64,000 nt of DNA from NCBI RefSeq assembly GCF_011745625.1, contig NW_027191471.1, forward strand, positions 310,001 through 374,000, read 5' to 3'. How positions within the stretch are numbered: position 1 is the first letter of the stretch; each line of letters opens with the position of its first letter. Under the pieces are notes generated by a model. The model ran no database searches. It saw only the letters and a program-made list of their open reading frames with translations, and was not told the DNA's origin. Shown piece by piece: positions 13,239 to 25,747 of the stretch. This stretch comes from Cladosporium halotolerans (Eukaryota). Position numbers and translations under genes: made by a program.

Positions 13239-13945
13239 TGATACCTACATGAACAAGACATTTGTTGCAGAGGAATCAAGTATGAACACCAGAATCAAAA
13301 AAGCGCTTGACACAGCGTTACGAGTCCTGACTTCGAGAAGCGGGTGAGGATTCAAATGGTAGTGGTCATGCGCCACCGCGATTGCTGGAGTTCCAGCTTA
13401 TGTCTTCGCTGCCGCGGCGTAGAGGTTGGAGCGAGAATGTCTGTCAGAGCTGTCAGCATGTGATTTATGAACTCAAGATGCTCAAAGGACAGCGAAGTGG
13501 TAGGGATGGAGTCAGATCAAGTGTAGTTTTAGAATAATCCGCATTCGGCTTCCGAAGAAACCGTTGGCATTGCAGAATTCTCTTTAGTCATCACACTGGA
13601 AGGGGGAGAAGTATGCAGACGAACGAATGCCAAGAAGGTTACTCACCTATTGAGGTGCGTGGGTTGTGCGGTCGATGATTGTGAGTCTCACCGAGATGTT
13701 GTTGCGGAGGAAGAAGCGCAGGCGAAGTGCGCAGCTTTCAACCTCCTCCGCTCGGTCCCTGGAGGCTGGAGGCCCGTGCAACCTCATGCCGACGACTACC
13801 ATCAGCACCCACTGGCGAACCGCCAACATCACGCTGCGGAGCACCTTCAACCTAATCTCATCACGCGATTTCTGCCATCCAACGACACCTTCACATCTGA
13901 AAACACAAATCTTATACTGTCTGAACGCACATCAATACGAACACC

Positions 13946-15454
13946 ATGGCGTCCTCGCCCGGCGGCAGCTCAGACCTCTCCTCTCCGCCCTCAGAAGATT
14001 ACGACCACGACGAGAACAGCGCGATCGAACCCTCCTCGCGCCGCAGCGCGGATGTCGCGCACCTTGACCCCGACCACCTAGCACCACCTCCCAAACGCCG
14101 CAAGACTGCGCAAACCAACCCATCTCTCCTCGGCTACGACCGCGCGCCTTCCTCACAGCCAGACGCGCAAGACGACGATGCAATCTCCCTGTCCGAAGAC
14201 GGCTGGAGCGACGCGCCCGGATCGCCGTCACACGACGAGTATGCCGTGCGCGAGGATGCGCAGACCGAATGCCAGTGGCGCGACTGTTCGTGGGGCCCGG
14301 CCGAGAACAACGACGAGCTCGTCAACCATGTCCAGGGCGTGCATTGCGCGACGGGCGGCCCTAAGAAGACGAAGTATACTTGCGAATGGGGCGAGTGCCA
14401 GCGCAAGCAGAGCAACCACCCCAGTGGATATGCTCTGAAAGCGCACATGCGGAGCCACACGAAAGAGAAGCCTTACTACTGCTCGCTACCAGGTACGTCG
14501 AGCTTGCTTACAAGGTAGATATGACAAGATCGGAAACTAATCATTATGCTACAAACAGAATGCGACAAGTCCTTCACGCGCTCCGACGCGCTCGCAAAGC
14601 ACATGCGCACCGTCCACGAGCCCGAGCCCGCGCGCGGGGGCACATTCCCCAACCCGACGGCGATGAGCAAGTCCCAGAAATCGAAGCTCTCCAACGGCGC
14701 CGGCAAACCCGACATGAGCGGCGTCCCGACACACGACGAAGACGGGACGCCGATCGAGCCCTCGCACCCGAACGACAACATCACCTACATCCCCGCACAC
14801 CACCCCATAACCGGCCAGCCGGGCTTCATGATCCACTACCCGGCCGACATCCACTTCACGACGTTCGAAAGCGCCGTCGAAGCCGACCACCTCATGCGCA
14901 TTCTGCGGCGGCAGATTGCGTGGGCGGAGAAGGAGTCCGAGCAGCTGAAGAAGGAGAACGAGGAGCTCGAGCGCGTGAAGCGGGAGGAGTGGACGGCGAA
15001 GGAAATGCTGCTCGAGGCGGTCATGGCCGCTGAGCTCTCGCGGGCGGATCAGGAGGGTCTGCTGGCGCAGGTGAACGCGCGCGTTGAAGAAGCGATGGAG
15101 AAGGACACGCAGGTCGCGCAGAAGCTGGAGTGGAATGGTCCGAACCCCCTCAAGCGAAGACGCAAGAACCCTCGCCAGCCTCGCGACGACAAATCTGCTC
15201 TGGAAACGCCCGCGGAAGCAGGAGACGACGATGATGAAGAAGCGGGCTCGCCGCCCCCAACTGGCGCATCTGGCGGCGGGTTCGAAGGCGAGGGCGACCC
15301 GTACGACAACTACCTCGAGGGCATGATGGCACAGTACGAGAAGCGTCAGCAGGCTGAATCCGCGCATAACACGCCGATGAAGACCGAAGCAGACCAGGAA
15401 GCGGCCGAAGCAGACGCAGTGGGAGCACTAATGGGGCTCAGCGGAGGCAAGTGA
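13946..15454 (+). CDS. iec1: C2H2 zinc-finger protein, INO80 complex subunit Iec1-like
   Basis: CQWRDC..HVQGVH, CEWGEC..HMRSH-TKEKPYYC, C-DKSFTRSDALAKHMRTVH, then a coiled coil. Intron 14493-14558. Confidence 0.75.
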
Positions 15455-15475
15455 GAAAGAGAGAGAGAGAGAGAG
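15453..15475. repeat. (GA)n microsatellite at the stop codon
   Basis: gagaaagagagagagagagagag. Confidence 0.85.
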
Positions 15476-15709
15476 CTCCATCCGACATGTATGGCCTGAA
15501 ACGGCCCAGTAATGACTTTTTGTTCTTTCCCATCTGGCCCCGCGAGCTCTCAAACCCAGCCGCAGTTGCCTTCGTATGTACTTTAAAACCCCGGCTTTCC
15601 GAGCCCGTTTTCAGAATCAAATGCCGCTATCATCACATCCATCCCTCGTCCCAATCTTTCCCTCCCTTTGAACGTAAAATCAAACAATAGCCCAACCTAC
15701 TCCCACCCC

Positions 15710-16413
15710 TTATTTCGACTTCAGACTACTCCTCTTCCCCCTCGCCTCCCTCTTCTTCTCCCTCGCCGCCTCGCTATTCCCAAACGGAAACCCGCTCGTC
15801 CGCTTGTCCGCGCCCGTCCGCTTGCTCGTGCGCGCCGGCTCGCGCGCAAACAGCAGCGCCCACACGCCAAAGCAAAACAGCGCCGCGTTGCCCACGAGCC
15901 CGGCGCCGAAGGCAAACGTCCACCCGCCCACGACCTGCGTGTACAGGTAGAAGGCCGTGAGGGCCTGGAAGGAGACGGCGACGACGGCGGTCGCCATGCC
16001 GACGTCGTTTTTGTTCGCGGCGCCGACGACGCCGCGGCCGGAGCGCGGCGGGGACGACTCGTCGCTGCCGCTGCTGGGGCGGTCTTTGCTGCTGCGCGAG
16101 GAGGGGCTGGAGCTCGAGGGGGCTTGGGGGCCGAGCGGGATGACGCCGGTGAAGATGAGGTTTGAGGCGGCGAGCGCGAGGAGGGTGAGGCCGAGGGTGC
16201 GGCAGAGGTAGGTTTCGAGGGAGGTGATGGGGCGGGCGTCGGCGCTGCAGAGCGAGACGATCAGGCGGGGCGCGAGAAGGAGGGGGAGAGATTGGAGGGT
16301 GCCCCAGGCGGAGGTGGAGAGGGCGTAGATGGTGAAGGGCTGGGAAGGCTTGTTAGATGCTGGGTTTGTTTTGGGCGAGACGGTGAGGTTGGACGTACGT
16401 CGGAGGTGGCCAT
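15710..16413 (-). CDS. Hypothetical integral membrane protein (about 4 TM segments, basic C-terminus)
   Basis: ATG 16413, intron 16340-16398 (GTACGT..CTAAC..CAG), hydrophobic segments, strong GC3 bias. Confidence 0.75.
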
Positions 16414-17054
16414 TTTGGCGGAGCTTGTGGTTGTGTTGCTCGTTCAGATGCGGTGGTTGCTGTATGTTGAGCTTTTCCTTTTTCAAGAAGGGAGTCGGCG
16501 ACCCTGGAAGAAGGATGTCTCGGTTGGCTCCGCGCAAGGCAGGTGGGTGATTAAAGAGGTAATATCAAAGTGCAACGGCAGGCCGCAGCAAGCGGCGCCA
16601 ACAACGCGGTGTGAGAAGCCGACGCGGACTGACGCAACCCTGCCTGCCGCCGATCGCCTTTTCCACCTGTCACGCGGCTGAATTGGCGAGCCATCGCGCC
16701 TATTTTGTTGCTGCGAGTCTAGGGCTTACACTGGATGTTTGTATAAATTGGCAGTCTGAGCAACTGTTACGTCCAGGACGAAATTGAAGCGATACTGCAG
16801 ATTCCGGTAGACGCCGGCGCGTCTCTGTCAAATCACCCGTCATAGAAAAGCATCTAGTTATTTCGACTCTATACGTGCTATATACGCATGTTGATGTACT
16901 TCTGGGGTATATCGATGACTGTTTCACCATACCAAATCCACAAAACAACGCGCCTGCCAACTCCAAAGGGAAATCCCAGGTCCTGTACATGTACCCAAAG
17001 TTTTAAAGAAATCCCAGACAAAGGAAAGCATGTCCACTCCATCTCCTTCTCCAT

Positions 17055-17567
17055 CTAGCAGAGAACCTGCAGCAGTCCAACAACACCAACCAGCACGCCG
17101 ACCTTCCAGCTCGCGCTCACAGCGACGCCAGCAGAAGCAACCGGGCCCTTCCTCGGCACCTGGTCCTGGCTCTTCGCAGACTCGACCTCGAGGTTGCCGA
17201 CCATGTTGCAGGCCTGGCCGAACTTGAGCTCGTTGGTGTAGACGTTGTCGGAAATGCAGGTGGCCCAGGCCGTGTAGTCCTTGGTGGAGGGCTCGCACCA
17301 GTGGTAGCAGCCGGCGTCGTCGGTCTGCAGCTTGCCCTTGCAGCACTCGTCCTCCAACTTCGTCACCAGGTCCGGCTGGCTGACGGAGGCGGCGCACATG
17401 AGGTTCTTGTTGTCGGAGAAGCCGGGGATCCAGGTCGCAGGGCTGATGGTGCTGGGCGTGCACCACTCAACTGTGGTAGCGAGGGATTAGTCTGCGGTCT
17501 GAGGATTTGTGTGCATAGGGTGCGTTGAGGAAGACGTACCCGGTCCGACGGGGAGTTGGTGGGCCAT
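17055..17567 (-). CDS. Small 8-Cys protein (147 aa) with hydrophobic C-terminal tail; paralog of 12823-13238
   Basis: ATG 17567, phase-1 intron 17471-17539, strong GC3 codon bias, same Cys pattern as the paralog. Confidence 0.8.
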
Positions 17568-18442
17568 TGCGACGGCTGTGTGAATAAGAGTCTTGGGTGG
17601 TAACGACAGCGACGCGACCCCTTCAAAAGAGCGTACTCGGTAGGGACTGTGAAAGGTGCGGCTTCGGTGGTTGTGGTGGTGATGGCGGCAGTGGCTGAAG
17701 AAAGAGGCGGCACGAACAAGGAGGAGGGAGCGGACGGACCAAGGCACAAGGTTCGCGTGTCTGCATGGCGGCAGATCCTGGCTGGCCGTTGCGCCGTGCT
17801 GGGCTTAGCTCAATCTCGCGCTCGTGTCTGCGGTTATTTCTGGGCGTCGGTTGAGCCAACCAAACGCTTTCAAGCATGCTAGCGCCGCTGTTCCGGTGCG
17901 CCAACCGCACGGCATGCTCGGCAGCTACGGCGCCACGACGTTTCGAATGAAGAATCGAACGGGGCTTAAATTGTCATCTATATCATGATGTAAGTAATGC
18001 TATTGTTCATGACAATTGCTGGCTGCTTGTCCGAATGACACAGATTGGCACAACTGATTACATGAGTCGTCAGAACGATGCTATGCCGAAATGTTGCCAT
18101 CACTTGATTGAGTGCAACTTTCCAGGACAGCGAATGTACAGGAGGCGAGGACCGGTAGCACCTTGAGATGATCGATGAAAGCACATGCTGAGAGCGCTGA
18201 CTGGCTTCCGGGGCAGACCGGGGCTAGCAGCTGTCTGCAGAATCAGCGCCCCCTCGTGTCTTTTAGGGTTAGGGTTGCCCAGCGTACATTGGGGTCAGAA
18301 GCCTCATCAACGACGCAGCATGTCTGAACATGTTGGATGGTCTTTGGACTATTCTGGCCGACTTCCGGCATGAAATTCGAACGGCTTCGTCTTTCTGTCA
18401 ACCGCGAACGGCCTTCGTCCCCGCTCCCGACGATAACATAAA

Positions 18443-20343
18443 TCACATCAACCGAATCGCCGGATCTCGCATAGAGTGATGAACCCTCCGCCCGCGATAC
18501 TCAATCCACTCCGTCCACACACACAGCCTGCCCCTGACGCCCTCCGGCCTCGTGCAAAACGTCACCCGGTTCCCGCTCGGGTTCAGGCCCGGCGCCGAGT
18601 CGATGTTCGCATTGCACACCCGCACCTCCTCCCGGGGCAAGACGCTCCCGTCGAAGACGTTCAGCTCCGTCTCCTCGATCTCCATGATCCGCTCCGCGAT
18701 CGCGGCCGCCATGTGGCTGTCCCAGAGCGCCTCGCGGCGGACGAAGCGGCGCAGCACCGCAATAGCGCGGCGTCGGAGGGCTGGATGGCGGCATTTGATT
18801 GAGACGAGGTAGAGCGGCGAGATGAGCTGCATGTCGAAGAGGAAGGTGGAGGGGGAAGTCGAGGTGGAGGAGTCGTCGATAGATTCCGCGAGGCAGACGG
18901 CGCGGTCGTATAGAGGCGTGTCGGCGTCGGTAGCGCACTCGGCTGCGTAGAGGCTGCGGTGCAGCCAGGTGGTCATGGCTAGATGATGTATTTCTAGGAT
19001 AGCTGCAGCTTCGACGAGGCGCGGAGAGGTTTGCGCGGTGGCGAGGTAAGTGTCGAGGGTGGCCTTCCACTTACGCATGTGGGCGATTAAATCGGCGCGT
19101 TGGGCGATGTCTTGTGGGGTCAACTCGTGATCGATTCGGCGGGTTTTTGATTCGTGGACGAAGCGGATACTGAGGTTGATGAGATGCACAATGCTGTCTC
19201 GGGCTTCATCGATCGACGTAAAGGTCTGCGGTACGGTCTCTGAAGGCATGAGGCCGTAAGGATAGGTAGGTCTCAGGCCAAAGAGTTGGGACAGGAGCTC
19301 CAGTCGGTTGAAGAATGGTAAGACCTGTTCCCGTATGCCCATCGCTCCTACGCGGCTATTGGGGCCGTCACCTCCCGTGCCAGCTTTAGCAATTGCCATG
19401 CCTGCTTCGAAATGCTTCACCGCAGGCTGATAGTCTCCCCTCAAGCATTCCACGCAAACGAACAAGATGCATACCAGCAAGGCAATGTTGACTGATTCCG
19501 AAGATGGGCTACTCATAAGCTGTGACAAGTGTTTGATAGCTTTGTTGTACTGAGACAGGGCTAACGGGTCGTTGTGTTGATGCTGCCATATGCGTCTCAT
19601 CTCTTTAGCGTTCATGGAAGATTCACGCACAACGGATCGACTGTATGGCAGGTCTTTAAGGAACGAATCTCTCCGTTCGTTCAAAGCACCCACTGCAACT
19701 AGAGCATGTCTAACTGCAGGTTCACTCTGGGCGACTTGTATCACAAGATGTGTCCACTGATCGATTGACCATGTTAGTCCTCTTTCTCCAAGCTGGCGTG
19801 GCCACCGTGATTCTCTGTGCACTCACAAAGTCGGCATCGAAATAGCCAGAAACGCCAGGCGCAGTGCGGCATCGGAAATAGTCGATCGCGCGTCTTTCCG
19901 CCGAAGCGCCTTGCTCCAAATCGATGTTTCTGCAGAGGACAAGCTGTTGACCGCTCGGTGGAGCTCTGCATGCTGGTTCCTTGGGCGACGAAGCCTTCTT
20001 CGGCGGTGGTATCGCATATCCATCGCACTTTCGCCCGGTACTTGTACAGCGTTCGCAATGGGGTTTTGCTTCATCACATTTGATACGACGGATCCTAATC
20101 AGATCAGACTACCGTCATTGAAACCAGCAGTCGAGGCTGGACGTACTTGCAGGTGATGCACCCTGTCTTGACTTTTGGCCTGCCCACACGGGTGTGCCTT
20201 ACGACAAGTGCTTGATTGTTAATTCGTTTGAAGTCCGCAGGCGTCTGGTCCTTGATTCCTGAGCGCGGTAATCTGACCAATGGAAGAATTTGGCATTTCC
20301 CAGGAGGAATCGTCTCCGTGGGGGACATTGAATGAGCTTGCAT
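18443..20343 (-). CDS. Zn(II)2Cys6 transcription factor, 3 exons (start codon uncertain: 20343 or 20328)
   Basis: KVKTGCITCK|IRRIKCDEAKPHCERCTSTGRKCDGY after intron 20095-20146; second intron 19757-19826; EPAVRHA..LYLVSIKCRHP domain. Confidence 0.88.
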
Positions 20344-21354
20344 TTCTTTAGCTCCGGCATGTACGGGGGAGAAAAACCTCAAGCGCTCTAACTGAAGGCT
20401 TATGTGATTACTTTCACGATTATCTAGGCGAGGCCAGACTCTCGGCTACTTGTACACGATTTAGCCGTCTGACAGGGTCGCACAGCTGAGGAGCGACGGT
20501 GACGACTAGGGGCTGTGCTGCATGAAAAGCGAAGCGAAGGAGGATCCCTTGGATCTGATCCATATTGGAGCTTGCGACGCCTTGGCGCTCAAGGATGGAC
20601 ACGAAGACGCGTTACATGCGCCTAGGCAGTTGCATAACCTTTCGCCGTCGTACGACCGGCGTTGCACGCCTCCCCGGCGATGTTCATGTCACACGTTTGC
20701 GTGAGCGCAAGGCAGTGGCCGAAGTTCGAGGCAAACGGAGCCACTTGCAAGCGCGGCGCTAGCGAGCGGGTACTCCCGCAACGGCCCCGCCGAGACCCAC
20801 CACAATAGCAAAGCCAACACCTCAATCATGCGCGACAATAGCAGCACCAGGCCACTTCGTTTCAGCTGCCCCCTCAACGCTGGCTGTAATTGGCCAGGAT
20901 ATGCTATTGTAGCATGGAAAGACGGTGAGAAGCATGTGCCTGCCACCGAGCAGGCATTGCAGCGTTTGCTGGCGCCCACCTGACGGCTCCGCTGTTGCTA
21001 TTGTAGATTCTGCTATTGTCGTCGACATGTCAATAGGGTCACTGAAGTATATCCCTTCCAGCACTTCCTCCAATCTCAGTTTTCTCCATCACGTACTCAC
21101 AAGCATACCCAAACATTCACACAACCATCTCCTAAATCTCTGCAACCCTTTCCCCTCTTCGCCGCCTCCAGTTTGAAGACACCGCCTCACGAGGCATCTC
21201 GCAACACAACACCGGCAGGAGCGACCAAACGCGTGCCTTCCACAACAACAGTGTGATCGTGATCGCATTCCACTCACAAAAACTCTGCCTGGTCACAACT
21301 CTGCTCATCACAACTCTGCCTGATCACACCTCGGCCCCCACCCACGCCCACAAG

Positions 21355-22008
21355 ATGGACACCTTCATCACGCAACTCACCAACAAAATCATGGCCGAGC
21401 GCGCCAACCAACCACAACAACAACACCAAGCAACCCACACCGCCCCACCACCCCCATACTCCGACCCAGACACGGACGCCGACTCCGACGACGAAGAAGA
21501 CTCCGACGAAGAGCCCATGAAGCTCGTCATCAACGCCTCCAACACCATCCACGGCAGCAACAACGTCGTCCCGACCTCGCCGGCCGCCCTCGCCGACGCG
21601 TCCAAGTTCAGCGCCATCCTGCTGCAAACCATCGCGCAGCTGAACCAGGCGGCGCGCGCGCACGATGGCTCGATGCGCCCGCTGCGCGTCGACTTGACGG
21701 TCAATTGCGGCGTGGCGGTTGTTGGGGACAGGAATGTCATTGGCACATTCGGGCTGAAGCCGAAGGCGCCGCCTACTCTCACGCCGAACAGCTTCGGTCC
21801 TGACCCGCAGTTGGCCGTGGCCGAGGCGCAGGTGGCGGCTGGTGCGAAGAGGAAGGCGGAGGATGAGGTGAGTTCGTCTTATCTTGGACCTGTAGAAAGA
21901 TCTAGTACTGACTTGAACACCAAATAGGCCCCCGAGCACGAGCGTGAAGCAAAGAGGCTCGCCGAAACCATCGACGGGGTCAATGGGCAGCAACAGCCTG
22001 GAGTGTGA
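21355..22008 (+). CDS. Hypothetical protein (PPPY motif, acidic tract, C-terminal KRK basic motif)
   Basis: Coding-like codon bias; intron 21868-21928 (GTGAGT..CTGAC..TAG). Confidence 0.7.
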
Positions 22009-22468
22009 TGGCTGCCCAGGAGGTACCGTGAAGATTATCGACTTGGCGTGTTTGCTTTTGAAGGGCTGTTTTATGGATGTGCTACGCTTGGGCGACGGAG
22101 TTTACTCGCTTTTTTTGTTCTTCCTTCTTGCGATCATGAAGCGAGCGAATGTTTCAAACCGAAGGCGATTGCTGTACGAATCACTGGGGGTGTGTGTGTA
22201 AGCGTATGGAAAAGCTTTCCATTCAACTCTCACCATTCAATCTCACGTACATCATCTGAAAATGCCACGTCACACCTGCTCTCTCAAGCGTACAACAATG
22301 CAGGTTCAAGCCCATCGATTTTGATACAAAAGCAACACGTCGACCTGCGCCATCGCTAAGACACATATCACTACAATCCCCACTCGGGAGCCTCCGCGCG
22401 CGAATTCAAACAAAGAAAGCCTTTTGGTATACCCATCCACTCCCCCTCCCGCTCTCAAACCGCACCCC

Positions 22469-24977
22469 TCACTGCATCTGCATCTGCTGCGGCGTCGCAG
22501 GCGGCTGCCCGCCCGCCTGCTGCTGCTGCGCCGCCTGCGCCGCGGCCTGCATCTTGGCCCTCTGCAAGCTCTGCCTCTGGCCGTAGCCGGTGGACATGAA
22601 ACTACCAGCGCCGGAGGCGCCGGGGTAGTTGCCGCCGCTGCCGCCCTGGCCCTCGGCGGCCAGGCGGCGCTCGCGGTACTTGCGGCCGTTGATGATGTTC
22701 TGCAGGCGCTTGCGCTCGCGCGGCTCCGTGATCTTGGTCCAGTCCAGGTCCTCGCCGGGCTCGGCGTAGTTGGTGATGTCGGCCATGGTCGAGGCGGAGA
22801 TCTGGCCTTGGCCGCCGGCGCTGGCGCCGGTGTAGAGGTGGGAGGAGGGGTTGATTTCGGTGCGGGGCGTTTGGTGCTGGACCGGGGGTTGAGGGGTGTG
22901 GTGGTGTGGTTGAGGGGTTGAGGCGGGGAAGGAGGCGATGTCGGATTGGAGGTGGGTGACTTGGCGAGGTGGAGGGGGAGGCGGTTGGTAGATGGGGTTT
23001 GCCTCGCTGAAAGGTTGGTTAGATGATGCGTTGAGATTTCTGGGTTGATTGATTGCATACCGTGAGCCTTGGTACTTCTCCAGGTGGAAGAGCAAGAAGT
23101 TCCATGGCGGAAGGCGCTTGTCGCGCTCGTAGAGAAGACCACAGTTCATGCAGAGCGACTTTAATACTCATTAGCCATGTCAATTGTGTCAAAGTGGACA
23201 TTCCACTTACCTTCTGTCCACTGGGACCGTCTCTAACGCCCCACACAGCTGCTCCCCAGATCTTGCAATGCGAGCACATCCAGTATTGCCTTTCGCCCTC
23301 CGTCAACTGCGTAATGCTGCCAGCGAAACCAGATGTCTCTGGAGTTTCGCGACCAACAGGTGACAAACTCCTGAATCTTCGCTTCTTCTTTGAACGCTCG
23401 CCACGACCCATGCGTTCGTCTTCGCCACCACCGTTTGCTTGTTGCGACCGAAGTCCACCCGCAAAGTAGTCATTGACTCCGCTGTTCTGCGTCTGCAGAG
23501 GCGCAAATGAGGTAGTAAATCTCGCGGTTTCTCTCCTCTGCCGTCGGATTTGTCGTTCACGATCTCCCTCACGCTTCTCGATCTCTTCCTTCGACAAAAC
23601 CTCAATCTTCGGCTCCCAGTCAGATCCGAGTCCATCTTCGTCGAATCGCCACCCAGCACCAACTCCGAGCGCAGATTCCGTGGTTCCGTGATATTCGCAA
23701 GCCTCGTTCTCCAGCTCTCCCCACGCGTTGACTCCGCTTCCTACGACACCGGCCAGACTACCACCGTTGTCAAGCATGTCTTTCTTCAGACGGAGACTCG
23801 CCTCGTAAATCGCATGTGCCATTCCAGGGACCCATTCTCCACTCAGGCCGAGATCCGCGCAAGTCTGCTTCGCGAACATCTCGGCAAATCCAGGAGGGTG
23901 GAGTAGCGACCACTCGAATTTGTCAGTGTAGAGCTGGTTTTGAAGGTTTATCGAGATTGAAAGGACGCAGCGGTGAGTGTCGGCGGGGTTCAGTACTGAC
24001 GATGTGGCATTAACCGTCGGTAATGATTGCGCAGACACTGCAATACCAGGCGTCGCGGTGCCGTTTGGTGCAGGTGAAGCTGGATCAGACGTCGGGATAA
24101 GGCCGTTAGTCCGGGGAGGTTGGAGGTAGCTCGCGCTGGGAGTGTCTGCTTGCATTGGCGTCGAAGACATCTCGCGCGAAACAGGAGCATTCCCAGGGGT
24201 CGCAGCGGCTGTAGTGGGAGGTGCTGTCTGCGGCGCATTTGCTTGAAAAAGCGGATGCAGGGCGGTCGTAGAGTGCTCTTCGAGCTGTTGACGGATCTGA
24301 TTCGAGATTTCAATGATCATGCCTTGTTTCCGAGACATGGGAAAGTCCAGATCCTCCACAAACGTGCGCGCGAATTGGTCAGGAGTGATCAAAGCCTCGT
24401 GCAGGTTCCAGAGGAAGCTATCTTTCAGTCGAAATTGGGGCGTCGGCTCCGGCTGCTTGTATGCGGGTAAGCTCTCGTCGATACCGAAATCTCTCGCATT
24501 ACTCGGAGTAGGTAGCGCAGCCTCTGGGCGGAAAGGCGCAATGTCTAGGTCAATTCGAATGGGAACCAGGATGGTAGGCAGGGCTGACTGTGTGTGCATC
24601 TGCTTCTCCGTCAAGACACGCTTTGGCTTGCCCATCCATTCGCGCCAAACACCTTGCACGTCAACAGGCTCGTAAATGTCCTTCCCAAGCTCCTTCTCTG
24701 CCGCCTTCTCGCCATTTGGATCGGGGTCGCGTCGCTGCTGCGCCGTGCGCAATCCGGTCTGTCGTCGCGGGTTGTCGGAATCTTCGATGCTCTCATCCGC
24801 GAAGTCCTCGGAGTAGTTGATGGCAGTGGTGCCGCGTTTGGTCGTGCGAATGGGAGGGATGACATTCTGAGGCTGCACCGGGGCGAGGATCGAGTTGCCG
24901 TACGTCCGTATGCGCGGCGCATAGCTCGAGACGAAAGCCTGGGGCTCATTCAGCCTGTTTGCGTTCATGGCTGGCAT
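22469..24977 (-). CDS. SFH1: RSC subunit Sfh1 (SNF5 domain) with GATA-like zinc finger and C-terminal extension
   Basis: LVPIRIDLD, KDSFLWNLHE, DKFEWSL, CADLGLSGEW, EIEKREGDRERQIRR. C-x2-C-x20-C-x2-C finger across intron 23159-23210. Probable in-frame intron 23007-23060. Confidence 0.88.
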
Positions 24978-25747
24978 TGTCGAAGCCTCTCCACCCAGAC
25001 GCGCCGCTGTTTGCTGTTGCTAGGAGGATCGCGCAAGTTTTCGTCGGATGAAAGGAGGGCTGAGTCGCGACGAAGCTAGGGCGATAAGGGTATCATTAGA
25101 GTCGCTTTGATCTTGTGATTGCGACTGTGAAAGTGAGTGCGGAATCTGCCCAGCAATGTGGTGAAGGTGTGGTGAAGAGCAATTAATTTGCGTGGAGGAA
25201 GCGTCTGCTGTCTCTCGCGCGCTGGTCGCTGGCACGTCGCGGGAAGGGAGCGCCCGCACGTTGCCGCAAGGGCCACCTCCTCCCTACGCGCATCCCACCT
25301 CCTCCCTGACAGAATGCTTCCGTGCATCGCCGACGTACCTCTTTGCTTACATTAGAGGTGCAGATAAATCCTTGTCACGTGCAACAGAATGACACAAGCC
25401 TAGCTCAACACTGCCACCGGAACAGGCCCATCATGCGTGCGGCGCAAGGGCGCCTACAGCGCTCGGCGGCTCGAGATCGCTGAACGAGGCGATGACCATC
25501 CACAATTTGGCGCGTACCGCTACTAACACAAGGCGCTGTACACATGAAACTGCCCACCAAGTAACGCCGCAGTGTGGCAAGTAGGTAGGTAGGAATAAAA
25601 TGCTGCATTGGATCCCCTTTCGTCCCAATGTCCATCTTTGTTTTAATCAAATTCTGCTACCTCCTGCACGTCGGACAATCACAAGTACCACTTCGTTTCG
25701 TGTGAGCAAATAGCGCTTTCGCTAAGCACCGCACTTCATGGCTGGCA

